From contig NC_042997.1 in assembly GCF_006345805.1 (NCBI RefSeq), positions 59,272,001-59,336,000 of the forward strand: 64,000 nucleotides of DNA, given 5' to 3'. The DNA is from Octopus sinensis. Lineage: Eukaryota. A program made the translations under genes and the position numbers. A model generated the notes under the pieces. That model was not told the DNA's origin. It saw nothing but the letters and a program-made list of their open reading frames with translations, and did no database searches. Of this stretch, positions 13,801 through 28,300 are shown piece after piece. The first letter of the stretch is position 1. Every line of letters starts with the position of its first letter.

Positions 13801-16800
13801 CTACTTGGGGCCAAGTTATATTTTTCGATATAGGTCATAAACAAATGATTGTTGGAAAAGGGTCTTGTACTTTTTGGGGGTGGGGGAAGAAGAGGGGCAG
13901 GTAGATTAAGGCAAACAGTTTTACCTTGAAATAAAAGCACAATGGCTGTAACATTGCTTGAGCTGAGTTATAGCCTCACAATAACTGAGCAACATTACTT
14001 AAAGCAAAAAACAAAAACTGACCTGGTGGCGGGGCATTCATTTGGTTTGGAGGCATATTTCCTGGCCTTGGCATCTGATTCATGGGAGCTGAGTTATTAG
14101 GAGGAGGTCCACCAGGGTTTTGCCCTCCAGGCATACCTTGGTTGGGATTTACCTGACCAGGAGCCTAAATATATAAAAGTTTAGTCATAATCATAGACTC
14201 AATGCATTCATTAATGAACAAAATTAAACAACATAAACAAGTACTCGCTGTTTGGTTTGTTTTACTGCTTTACATTGCCATAAAAGTTCAGTGATAAAAC
14301 AGTTATGTCCCTTACATCTTCTAGGGGAACCATGTTACTTTAAAGAAAAAAAAACCTGGAACTTTATCATAACAGTTTAATCAATTTAAAGTTATCTATT
14401 ACTGAAACAAACTGAACGAAATTCTAAGACCAGACAAATCTGATATTTCAATAATCTGTTAAGAAATACAAGTATATCCTGACTACTATCAATTCTGAAC
14501 TTAATCCTAGTAACCTAGAGATTTTGTCCCTATATACTGGTCTTAATGAAGAATATTTAAGGGGCAAACTTTAATAATTTGCTGCAGTAAAAACTTAAAA
14601 CTTGGAGTACATATATTTTCTGTGGCAATTTGGTTTCTCATCCTTGTACTCCATGCCAGGCTAAAACTACTGTTCGTCAAAAGTGTAAAAGAATAGGATA
14701 TTGGTTTATTGAATACCAGTCTATTGGTCACACCTCTTTTGACTCACAAATCTTAAATCTATTTCTCTAGCAAATAAATGTTCTAAACCTTCTATGATAA
14801 CAGTGATAAATTAATGAGAAACCAGTTGAAATGTAAATATATATACATAGAATGTGTATTAATATACATACATAATAACAAGTTATTTAATGGGGGGAAA
14901 TGTTGCAAGTGCTTAATTACAAAATAGTTATATCCCTTACAATTCCCATTACCACCAAGCCAGCAATAGTAGGTAAAATTATGTCACTTTTATATTACAT
15001 AAGGCAGTGGCTCTCAAAAGAAGTTATTAATGGAAACAAAACAGAGTTTGCATCCACATAATTCTTCTTTCTTCATCATGGCATTGAATAAATTTAAGAA
15101 GAAACTATCTTAATGTTATTAGACATTTGTTCACCCCTTTTCAATCCTTACAGTTCCTCTACTATGCGAAACACTGGTCTAAGGATATCTGGAACTATCT
15201 TTATCACAGCAACACACAATTTGCCATATTATCATGGATGGAATGATGTTGGTCTTTTTTCATACATCCAAACGCTCACAACTTGGTGAAATCCTTCTTA
15301 TATCTCCCTTTTAAAGACTCAACTGTAAAATATTTGTACCTATTATTAAGAAAAACATCTGAAGCAAGTAGAGATCATGAGCCTTGCCTTCAGTGGGGAG
15401 TATAACACAATACCCATCAGTATTATACTATATACCATCATAATCTTTATACCTCTTTTAACAAAGCTACAAGAAAGTTTTGTTATTCACAAACATACTG
15501 CCACTAAAATGAATCTGATAATGTAAGTTCTGTAGATCATTAATAGAATTACTCACTATGAAATAATTTATAGCCAATACTGGAAATTATACAAGTGGTT
15601 GTTTCTGTATTTTGTGTATAACACAAACTCTCCCATGTGTAATTTAAGAGATAAATTCTCACGCACAAAGACTCACAAAGCAATTCTTTAATTTAGACTC
15701 TGTATCACTGGATAGAGGCATTGTAGTATTGTTTCCTTTAGCACTAGACTGCCAGTCTGGTGGTAGTTGCAACTAACCTCCACTTAGACATACACACACA
15801 GATTAATAACAATCATTGTTTTTAGTGGACCTAGACTAATATTGTTAGCCTAACTACCTCCTTATATGGTGAGAACATGTGTCTAGATGAGCAGAAATTC
15901 AGAGTAAACATTAAACAGAGTAAGAGGGACTCTAGATTTTTCAACAGATGATCTTTTTAGTTTTGGAGGTACTGAAAAAATGCACCCAGTCTATGCTGTA
16001 AAATGGTAATAGAAAGGGCATCCAATCGCTAAAAACCATACCAGAAAAAAAAAGAAAAGAAACAACAAATGAAGGAGATGCAGTATAGAAAGAACTCTTC
16101 ATTCTTGGTAGATATGGCACAATACACCAGTTGGTACTGTGAAATAGTTGAAGATATCCAGCTGGATACCTTTGCTAAAATCATGGCATAAAGAAAAAGA
16201 TGGTTGGTTTTTAATAGTGTGTGTACCACATGATGAAAAAGCATGACAAGTAGCAAGAGACTCTGAGACCCATTCAACTCCATGTTAGCATTGAAAAGTA
16301 AACTTAAATGATATATATATATAATATATATATATATATATTATTATGTTGGGTTCCTTGAGTGCTACTGGTAACATTTAATCCAGTACAACCTGTCGTA
16401 AGGTCAGGTTGTTGGCGACTAAACAGGCAACCCCACCAGGCTTGCTTGGTGAGGAGGGTGTTGTTGGACACCTTGCGGGATGAAAAATAAGACCTGTGAA
16501 AGGGTGGAGGAACTCCTGAGCAGTCAATGGCCATCCAACAAAATATCTGTAAATATTTATATATCTTTTCCCCCCATTATATGTATATATATTATTTATA
16601 TTTAAATCTTACTTTATTTATATTTTTCAATTGCATCTTTTCTTATTCACATACCGTACTTTTCTTTTTTTTCTTATATGTATATTTTTACTTTTATATA
16701 CATATTTATATTTTTAAACTGCATATCTTTTACTTTTTTATATTCATATATATTATTTATATTTGCAAATCACATCGTACTTTTCTTCTTTTCTTATGTA

Positions 16801-19800
16801 TGAATGAGCTACTCCGTGCCGGTCACTGGAGTGATATTTGAGTGTTGGTTTGGTGTCTGGAATGACACCAAATGACTACCTCATGGGCAGGTAGAATCTC
16901 TTTAACCGAGGCTGGTAATCTACCTAGAAGGAAAGCTCTGAAATAAAACCTGAGGCCTCGGAAGCTCCTGGTTTTGTCAATTTTCATGTCACACCGGCAA
17001 AAGTCTTCTTAGGCTAACAGGTGGGAGTAGTGCAGTGCAAGCTACACCCACTGAAAATTAGTCATCTGCACAGGTACTTCCTGTACACCAGATCTTAGTA
17101 AAGTCATTGAATTGGTTGGTTGGCAGAAACCTAACAATGCACTTGTAACTTATTCTAAAATGTCTCTCAGAGATTCAGTAAATGGCAAAAAAGTCTTGGG
17201 AACATCAGAGGAACAGGTTTGGCTTGGCAGGTGTCCCAGTGTATTACAGGCTGGGCCAGGTCGTCATCCTGCCACTGTGGTCAAATAATCTTCAAGAAAA
17301 CGTAAAAATAAATGTCCTTTGAATTTTGGCTGTTGGAATGTGCACACATCAGATGCCATGATGGTTGTAAAGTGTAGGTACAGGAGGTGGTCAATCTCTG
17401 CATAAGGAGTAGACAACCACCATATATACATATATATATAGGCCTGCCTAGCCAGCAGGGTGGCATATTCAAAAGCTAAAACAAGGCAAAGTGTATTGTG
17501 ACCAGCAGTGTATAACAACATCTGATAGTCTGGTGATATACATATATATATTATTAGAAATTACAAAGTGACTCAAAGGTCAAGAGTTTCATTTACAGCA
17601 CTTTCCTGTCACCAACCCTCACCTGTTTCTCTTTGGCCAGACATGTTTCAGCAGGATTCTGGAAATTATAATATTCATTTATAACAATCATGCAATGTCA
17701 AGACAAGGAGACATAAACACACACACACAATGGGTTTCTTTCAATTTCTAAGACCCAAACCCACTCACAAGGCTTTGACTGACTTGGCGCTTAGGTAGTA
17801 AAAGACATGTGCCCAAAGTCCAAGGTACCATGCAGTGGAACTGAATCTGAAACAAAATGGTTGGCATGCAAACTTTTTAACCACACAGCCACACCTGCAC
17901 AAATGTGTGTGTGTGTGTGTGTGTGTGTTTGATAATGAACAGAATAGGATAAAGACAAAGCCTAGACTTACAGGTAGTACTGCCTGAACATTTACATTGG
18001 AATCAGCAACAGTTGCCAAATAGACAAGGTTCCGGTGCAGCATCACTTGGTATCTAAAATAAACAGTTGCAAAGTAAGTCTGCATCAAATATTACTAAAG
18101 CCTTTCTTAATCAAAGAAACATACCAGCTGTTCAACATCATGCCAACAGTTTTACCACCAAAAACAAATGTTCTGTTTTGTTTATTATTTAAGTTAATGT
18201 GTGATTTAACCCTTTAACAATCAGATTACTGTCGAATGTAATGCTTATGTATTCACAAAATTTTACAAATTAAACATGTATTATTTTGTAGCTTCAGAAT
18301 AATGTAATAATTATTTTTAGGATAACATTGTAGGATAGGTGTGAGAGGCTGGATCTGGCTGGCTTGAACACAGAACAGGTGTACGATTTGTGCAGGATAT
18401 GGCAGTAAAGGTGCTAAAGGGCTAAACCATCTTTCAGAAGGTTTGCAATACTAAAATACACTGCATCATTTAACTGAGTAAATAATAAAAGAAAAGAGTA
18501 AAATTGTCAACCAACTATAAAATCATGGATATCTAAATGATGTAAAAGTGGTACATTTCTAAAATTAACATTTTTAAAACCAAACCAGAATCTATTAGTT
18601 GCAATCTAAATTGTATTTCAAGTGAAAATAACAAAAATTTATGTAATTTATATATTTGCTAATGATCTGTTTTGTACACACACACCTCATTTAAAAAACA
18701 ATAAGCAAGATTCAAGTTAGAAAGGGCTCAAACTGCAAAGAAATCATCATCATCAAGATTATCATATAATGTCCATTTTTTCATGCTTGTATAGGTTGGA
18801 CAGAATTTGTTGAGGCTGATTTTCTTCAACCTGATACCTTTCCTGTTGCCAGCCTTTGCTTGCTTCCCATGACGAGACATGTTTTCATAGAAAATTTGAA
18901 CTGAAGGACACTGCTTGTAAGATGTAGACATCAAAGCAAAGAGGGAATAACACACACACATACATGATGGGCTTGTTTCAGTTTTCATATACTAAATCCA
19001 CTCACATATTGTTGCTGGATCTGCTACAGGTAGAGATGAAACCATACTTTCGTGAATGACAGCAGAACATATTCAACAATGTATTTGCTTGTACCAGAAG
19101 TAAATTACCATTAGGTGGTCATGGCTGTGTTAATAATGGAATGTATTCATAACAGAAGAGACCAAAAGAAACTTAGAACTAATTCAGACTCATGAGCAGT
19201 AGGCTTAAAAAAACAAAAAAGCATCCAGCTGTAGAAACCAAGCCAAATCAGACTGGAGCCTGGTGCAGCTCTCTGGATTACCAGCATGGGAAACAGAGGC
19301 TAAATGATGATGATGATTTCATTTTAAATTTATGCAGTTAAAAATGGAAGAAAAAAAGAAAAAAAAAGAAGCTTACTGTGCACATTCTGAAGCTCGACCC
19401 TTGTTTTGGTAATCAAGAATAGCCTGTATCAACTGTATGTTTTCATCAAGCATCTACAAAAGGAAAAATTTGATGAGTAAAAACAAAAAGATATTTTATA
19501 GAGGAATTATCCCAGACTGGCATAGACACTCTTGATCTCTTTCTCACCTATTACCAGTGCCACATTGCAACTACCCAACACGCAGTCACATACTAGACAG
19601 AATCCTATGGCATTACAAAGCAGATGACTGGCCAAAACTCTTATCAGTTTTATGCCAAATATTCCTAGCAGCACATGTGCTTCACTTCTGAGCCATCAAA
19701 AGTAAAGCTAGACTGGTAACTGAAACTATTGTTTTTAGGCATGTCCCACATACAAGAAGAATCCAGTGCCTGAATTTTCCTTCATAGCTGCAGAATAGCT

Positions 19801-22270
19801 GTTCAGGCAAAAAAAAAAAAAAAGCCTACAATGCCTTAAAAAATTTATCAACATGCCAAAATTGGATGGCATTCATCTGGCAATGGAACTTTGGCAAGAT
19901 CATTATCCAAACTGCAAAAGATGCCTTCATGCATTGCAGGACCCTCAAGCTGTGGTTCCTCACAAAAGAATCTTTCTCCACTTTGTATCATGACAAGGAC
20001 ACACAAAACATACACATATATAAGACAGGCTTCTTCCAGTTTCTGTTCTGCAAAGCCACTCACAAGGCTTTGATCAACAGGATCCAATGATTCAGAAGAC
20101 TGCACTGAGCCCCAATGTTTGCTTTGGCATGCTTTCTACAGCTGGATGTCCTTCCTAACACCAACCACTTTACAAAGTGCAATGGGTGCGTTCTTTTGTG
20201 GAACCAGCACTACTGAAGTAACAAAGTAACTGGCAAGACAAAACTTCTTGACAGAGCTGAGGTGAAGCATTGAGGAAAGTGCTAGGTGTTGAGAGACTAA
20301 AGTACAATAGAGGGAAAGGAACAACTGACTTGGTGTAGAGGAAATATATGATTATCCCAACACAAAAGGAAGAAAGGATGCTGGAGATGAGTGTTGGGGC
20401 ATACCCTCAAGATACTAGAATATATAATACAAATATGATACTTTTTAAACTTCCCTACACATCCCTCCACATTCTCATATCACACACAATATTGGAACAG
20501 TCAACTCATAGTTTCACATATGCATGCCATAGAATATATGCTAAATTCTTGGTCGATGTAATTCATTTTATTTACATCTCTAACATTCACTCAAAAATGT
20601 TGAGAACATTATTCTATGGAAGCAAGCTTCTCAACATACTGAATTGAAGCTTTTCTAGGTTCCACCACATCAAGCAGCAAGTGAAATGCAACTTGGCAGA
20701 TTAGAAAGCTAATTTATCTCAAGTTTGTTATCAAAACAGTTCCATCCCAAAATTATGAAGCAATTCATTATTCTATTAAACCTCTTATTCCTTTACCCTG
20801 GAGAGTAATAATAGATAAGTAGGAAGTTCAGGAAGAGGTAAGTAGTTTGTATTAAATTTTCACAATGGGGCTGAGTCTGTGGTCAAGTTACATAACTGAT
20901 TTGATTCAATACTACTTGCTGTACATAGGCACTGCAAGGTAAGAACAGCTCAATGCATCAAGCATGTTGATTTGACAAGTAAGTGATTTATTAAGCTCAC
21001 CACACCAGAGGGAGTTTAACTCTCATTTGCTAAATGATACGAAAACTGTAACAAAGTAGCAGACTTATGGGTAACTTATTTAAGAATTTAGCTCCATGTG
21101 CTGCCTTTTGTAGTCAGCTGGGCATATATTTAATAATCCTTATGAACCTTAAAGTATAGTGATCTAGGCAGAATCTGCACTGGAAAGCAAAAAGCCTAGA
21201 AGCTGTGATTTGCAAGTACTGTTACCAAAAATTGTAGTAACTAAAAACTCTATAGTTTTATTACATTATCGTTAGACAGTCATATTAGCTGGTTTCAAAT
21301 TTTGGCACAAGGCCAACAATTTCTGGGGGATGGGAGGATTACATCGACTGGTACTTATTTTATTGACTCCGAAAGGACAAAAGCCAAAGTTGATCTCTGC
21401 AGAATTTGACCTCAGAATGTAAAGACAAATGAAATGCCACTAAGCATTTTGCCCAGTGTGCTAACAATTCTGCCAGTTCAATGCTTTAAGTTGGACAGTC
21501 ATAATCAAGTGACAAACAACTACAATAAATAATTTATACTCCTAATCAGAACAGGTGAAAGTAAAGACTCCCTTCTGTCATGAATGACCATGGGATTGCA
21601 ACTAGAAAGTTATCCTCTGAAGCACAAGTCTGGGCAAGGTTGTTTATGGAAGACCAGCAGTGCCCATGCATACCAGCCTCCCCTCTCCATGCCACAGTTT
21701 GGCATTAGTGATGTCACAACTCATTTTTACACTTGCATGAACTGGAGCATCATGAAATAAAGGGTCTTGCCTAAGAACACAACATACAGCTCAATCCTGG
21801 AATCGAACTTACTATCTCATGATCGGGAGCCTGATGTTCAAACTAATGAGCCATATGCCTTCACACTAGTTAGAACAATACAATATATAAAGTAATAACA
21901 GAAATTTTCATATAAATATTAATTAGTTTTTATTTGCAAATATCATTTGAAAGAAAGAAAGAAAAAAGCTACAATTTCTTTGACAAGTATCATAGTACTC
22001 AATAGACACATGATAAAAATTAAGAAGCATGCCCCAACAGCAACATGTGTCGTTAAATTCATCTGATTAAACAAACACTTCAATAAATCCATAACAATTA
22101 ACATTCACAAAATAACTTGAGCTGATGCCACATTAAAAGCACCCAGCACACACTGCAAAGTGGTTGGCATTTGGAAGGGCATCCGGCCGTAGAAACCAAG
22201 GCAGATTAGACTGGAAACTGGTACAGATCTCTGGCTTGCCAGCTCTAGTCAAACTGCCAGACCCATGGCA

Positions 22271-22314
<44 letters not shown>

Positions 22315-25300
22315 AGAGAGAGACACACACAACACATATTGCAACAGGAAGGCTACAGATAATGACTAAAGAAATTCCGTCTGATCCAGGCAAGCATGGA
22401 AAAGTGGAAGTTAAATGATGATAAAGATGATGACATAAGTGTATTTAAGACTATTATCCAAAATGTCTTGTTAAATTTCTTATAACCACTTCAAGTATTT
22501 CAAATTTCCACCAAAATTTCATCGTTAATTTCTAGGGAAAAAAATAAATGATTTTTTTGTCATCAGCAAAACTATATATATATTTTTGAAAATAATCTGG
22601 TGAGAATTTGAAATTAATCAAGCGGTTGAGAGAAATTTAACAGGATTCAAGTCTTTTCCAGATAAAATAAGTTTTAGTTAAGATACCTGAAGATCGATTC
22701 AGTTAATCATACCCACCCCCACAACACCGAAAGAAAAACATTACTTTGTGCCCAGTCAAAAATAAATGCCTTAATAGAAAAAGATTAAGAATGTCTAACA
22801 CAAACAATATATATATAATGGTTAATTTATAAACTTTCATGTCCTAGATCTAACGAACATATGAAGTAATAATTGTGGTTTCTATGTCTATTTTGAACAG
22901 TAAACAACCACTAGATTGTTTTATGTTTGTTTACAACGGTTACTTGTACAAACAGGTTGCAATTAAAGGCAATCAATTTTCCAGCCAATGACGTGTACTC
23001 GTTCGTTTCTAGCTTAACACATTATGTTATAGTTTTCGTATATATATTTTTTATTATTCAGTTGAGAGGTTCTCAACAACGTGTCACAAACACTGACTAG
23101 GGTTACAGCGAGTACAGTTTCTACTCTCAGTAAAAAAACAAAACCCGTACTTAGTAACAAGAAAAGGAAACAGTGAAAGCGAAAATTCACAAGCCTATTT
23201 TTTTAAAATAATTATTTCGACTCTTGCTTAAAGGAATTCAAAGAATAAAGTTAGTTCCCCTGAACTACAATTTCTGTGCAATTTAGTTATTTTGAAGTAG
23301 TCGATTTATTTAACACTTTGTAGACATGCTCTTGGCTTTTCAGAGTAAATTCCAATCAAAATGGATACATTTGTGAAGAAAGTACAATTCTTAAATGATG
23401 ACAGAGAGAACAGTGGAAGCAGCCCCTACACACGGGTAACTGAGCCTTCGATCAGGCTTATCATTAACGAGGTTGAAAAAGGCTTACGAGGGCCAGAAAA
23501 GTAGATTGTTTTACAAATTCTGTCATTCGGTTTCACTTGACGCATGCAATAAGAAAACTAGTTTGCCGAGAGTCTAGCTTGTGGGAAAATATTGATCAAT
23601 GAGACAATTATGCCAAGCAAACTGCATCGCCGTTTAACAAGTAAACATTCATTTGGCGGGAAAACGTTTGATTAAAAAAAGCTTCTCACAGAACATCAGA
23701 GTTCGTTGTTTTAGAGCGTACTGCCAAGGAAATAAAGGCTCACAATCGAAAAAAGCGAAACTTGCACACAACTTGTAAAGGAGTGCAAATTATGTTTTGA
23801 GAACGAGGCGGCCAATGAAGTTAAAAAGTCACATCTCTAATACCTAAACTTAAGATATCAGTAGATATAAATGAAAATATTTAGAGAGGCTGAAGGTACC
23901 TTTATATGCTTTTCATACTAATAAAAACAGCAGGTACAATTGGCAAAATGTTAAGTAATGGAATTAGATTTATTCAGAAAGACGATACTACCAAGCAATT
24001 TTTGTTCCAAAAAGAGCTTAAACCAACTGCTACAGATAGTTACTTTTGAAACTGTAGACTTATCTTTTAGATCCTACAAACATCTTGGTGAAAATTCTTT
24101 TGGAATTTACATACACAGTAGTGTTCCATATTCAGTTGGTATTCTCAAAAGATTTACAGTGTTGGTGAGAAACACAAACAAAGACATAGATATGTCACTA
24201 TTTCAAACCTTGTAAAGTTCTAATGACAAAGGCTTGAATAATGAATTGTAAGCAGTTGATGACATTCAAGATGGTTCACAAAATCAAAGGTAAATCCCCG
24301 GGAAGTCATATCTTTACACAGACACGTGAATCTACAGATGCTTACTTCAGATACCTCTTATACTCTTCTAAAGTAGAAGTAAAGTTCTGATATGTACCTC
24401 AATTAATGAAATTAAAGGTTCTTTTCCATAAGCAGGAATGAAACAAAATATTGTGACCTATTCATCAATGATTATTGGTGTGCAAAGCTGGTTTAAGCTT
24501 GTTGATATATTTGAGCATATAAACAAAGCAAATACTAACATGAAATGGACCAATGGAGAACATGTGGTCTTCAACTGACAAAATTGCTACTTACTGGAAT
24601 AAAATTACCAAGTTGTATCATCATACAGGAAAGAGTACGACAGGCATATTTCCCCCTACAGGTGAAGAAATCTTATATAGGCATGTAGGAAAAGTCACCT
24701 GCAAAGTCTCCAGTCTGCCTTGAAATTGTACTCTGTGAAGCTTGGACTCTAAGAAGTACAACTAGATTACAGATCCTGTCTCAGAAACTGGAAATGAAAG
24801 ATTTCAAATTTCAAGAACAGGAACTTCTGGATGTTCATAAGAAATGAATACTTGCATTTGTCAAGGAAAGTAGTCATTGTTTTGCTCCAGTTCTCAACTT
24901 TCAGGTTCTCTGAATATAGATCTTTCTTAATACACATAAAAAAAACCATAAAGACAGCAAAATCTAGTATCCAGCAATGCAGAGGATGTCTAAGAGTGTG
25001 TTTGTCAAGTGTCAGAATGCTGAAATATGGCAAAAACACCACTAACAGTGTCAGAGATATAATTTTTTTAATCTTGTAAGTCTTTCAATTTATTATGAAT
25101 TTATCAGTAATAATGTAATATAAGGGTATTTTATCATCTTAAATATGAGTTATTCACAAATACAAGACCTGAGAAACTTTTACCCTCTTTTATGCTTAGC
25201 ACCAACTATGTGATAGAAGTAAGGTACTATGAAATTTGTTGCATTAGAAGATACTATAAAATTTGGCAAGGATAGGAAAGAGTGAGATAGAAATGGATTG

Positions 25301-28300
25301 CCTTGGTGCATCCATCATCATCATCATTTAACGTCTGTTTTCCGCGCTAGCAGTGCTGCAGAACGAGAAAGGTGAAGAACCTCTGATTTAGTAGGAAGGT
25401 TAAAAAGAGCACCATGTCCTTTACTAGCTTAGACTAAATAGACCAATGCAATTGATATTTAGTTTGAGAACTTTAAGAAAATCATGGACAAAGAGGAAAT
25501 CCAAACTGAGATGGGATTTAATGTAGATTTTTGTCTGAATGACAAGAGAAACAAATAAGAAAATATATTGAGTGGGTTTGAAAAGGGGTGGTATGCAGTT
25601 TGCTTGTTAGAAGCCATTATTGAAGAGATAGAGAAAAGGATCATTGTGCTTGTGGATTTGTATGTTAGTGAATGAAAGTTTGTTGAATGACTCTATCTTA
25701 TTTAATGTATATGTTTGTGTGTACAGCAGTAGCATTTTTCCATTTATGTAACTAATCAAGCTGGTTGCACTCAAAGTTGCACATAACAGTTAATAAGAGT
25801 TGCAATATTTTCTAACCTTGAAGAGAAAGTCCAGTCATTGGGGAGCAGTTATGGTAATGTTATAAATGTATGGTTACCATGAAAAATCCTCTGAGAAGCT
25901 AAGCATTTATAACAATTCAGTGGATTTTAGGTGAATTGAGAAGATAAAAAAGCCCAATGAATGAGATCATGGACTACTAGTTAGAACTTTTTGATTTCAA
26001 AACCCACAATTTAATTTCATGAAGCAGTTGAGAAACGACACTAGAACTTCTGTAAAAGTTGTATGAGATTATCACAATAATCAGGATTAAGTAGAAGTCC
26101 AGTGATCCACTGAAGTTCAAAATATAATTATTATTCATAAATTGAGATACACCAATAGTTTCTTTTTTTCTTAGATTTAAAACAAATGTGTATATATTCA
26201 GAAAAAGCAAGCAATAAGAAATATCACAAATGAACTAATGATATGGATTTTGATAATTCAAATGATAGGCAAATGAGACAAGCCTCAACGTTTTCTAGAT
26301 CAGACCTATGTCTGTCTGTTCTTCTAAATAACACGATGTTGATGATACAGAAATGATAGTGTACCACTCCAGCTGTATGAATTGCAAATGGGATAACGGA
26401 TACATTTATGAACTACCATAATCTCTTTAATTCAATAGCTAGGTTAGTGTATTCCATAGTTTTCAGCTCATTAACTACCATAATATGATTAAGGTGGCAA
26501 TCTGGCAGAAACGTTAGCATGCCGGGCGATATGCGTAGCCGTATTTCGTCTGCCGTTATGTTCTGAGTTCAAATTCCGCCGAGGTCGACTTTGCCTTTCA
26601 TCCTTTCGAGGTCGATAAATTAAGTACCAGTTACGCACTGGGGTCGATGTAATCGACTTAATCCGTTTGTCTGTCCCCTCTGTGTTTAGCCCCTTGTGGG
26701 TAGTAAAGAAATAGGTATTTCGTCTGTCCTTACATTCTGAGTTCAAATTCCGCCAAGGTCGACTTTGCCTGTCACTCTTTCGGGATCAATAAATGAAGTA
26801 CCAGTTGCGTACCGGGGTCGATCTAATCGACTGCCCCCTCCCCCAAAATTTCGGGCATTGTGCTTAGAGTAGAAAAGAATATTATAAACATTTTATATTA
26901 CCATGTTAATATATTTCTTTAATTGCAAATGGGGTTTGTAGGACAAAAACAATGTTATCTTTCGTCTGAATATAAAAACATTTCAGAGATTGATAGAAAT
27001 AGAGGTTAGGAGCCAGAGATGCCATAAGGTTCCTGGTGCTAACGATGAATAGAATGTTTAGACTCCGTAATTCTGCCTCATTAACTGAAAAGAAGGGACA
27101 TGCCATTTCCATGTACACCTTTACTAACTTATAATAACAGAAATAATCTTTGTTTATTAATTTACACCCCAAGTTTGACGACAATTATTTGTTCGAATAT
27201 CGTAAGAAACTATGTATTTCAGTATGAAGTTGACCTTGTGATGCAGCGCTAAATTCTAGGCAGTCAATTAAAACCGTATCGCTTCTTTTAATTCGATAAT
27301 GTACCCGAGAAAAAGAAACATGAAAGTCGCAGTTTGCTTTTTTAACAAATCTGATGTCTCGAGCAAAAAACTGTTGAGAACAAGAGAGAGAAGGATGGGG
27401 GAAGGAAGAATGACTGACTAGTACGGACTGGTTGACCCTCTTACCCAACACTTAAGGTTGAATCTAATATGTAAGTGCAATCTTAGTACAGGGGCGTGTA
27501 CGCTTTCATATACATTTTTTTTTTGTTTTGGTCTAAAGGAAGGGGGGGGGGGCCAAGGAGTTCGCGGACCCTATGAAACAGATCAACACACATGTTTGTG
27601 AAAGGACGCATTATCGAGAAGAAACTCCAGGGAGAGCTGACATGTAAAACAGTTAAGAAAATTATACATCCCAACATCAAATATAAAGTTGCAAAGAGTG
27701 AGGGGATTTAATGTTCATACCTTTCCCCTTAGAAAATAATGTGACACAAGATACAACTGTAATGCAGCAGTTATTGTCGGATTAAACATTGAAAGATAAA
27801 TTTAAAAAAAAGCGAAATAATTAAATAATTGTAAATGGCAGTAAAGGTCTTAGTAGTAGAAACGATGAAACAAATGCAAGTCCACAGATCAAATCCCGCT
27901 GAGGTCGACCTTGTGTTTCATCTTTTCGGGGTCGATGAAATAAGTACCATTTGGGCACTGGGGCCGATGTAATCGACTAGCTCTGTTCCCACTAATTTCA
28001 ATCTATGTGCCCATTGTAGAAAGGATTATATTACATACACACAGAAAGATAGATGACAATATTGACTATGTAGTTGTTTGCTAGGCATCGTAGACACTAT
28101 TATTTATTGGAGAAGAAACAGTTCGTGTCGCGGACAAATATCTCTAGATTCGTGTATTTCAGCTTCCTTTTTTCCGTACAAAGAATATATGAGTGCCTGA
28201 TTGATACCAGGTGTGCGAAATTGTAAATAAGTGATCGATACCCAAGTTCCATGTAGATGTTAGAAATAAAGAAGTACACGGACGAGAGAGGATAGATATA

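Noticed and set aside
23395-23443. C/D box snoRNA-like ATGATGA...CTGA
   Set aside because: Only 49 nt, no terminal stem, antisense to the host gene, inside transposase codons
23652-23663. Perfect E2F-like TTTGGCGGGAAA
   Set aside because: Lies in hAT transposase codons (SFGGKT); not separable from chance without chromatin data
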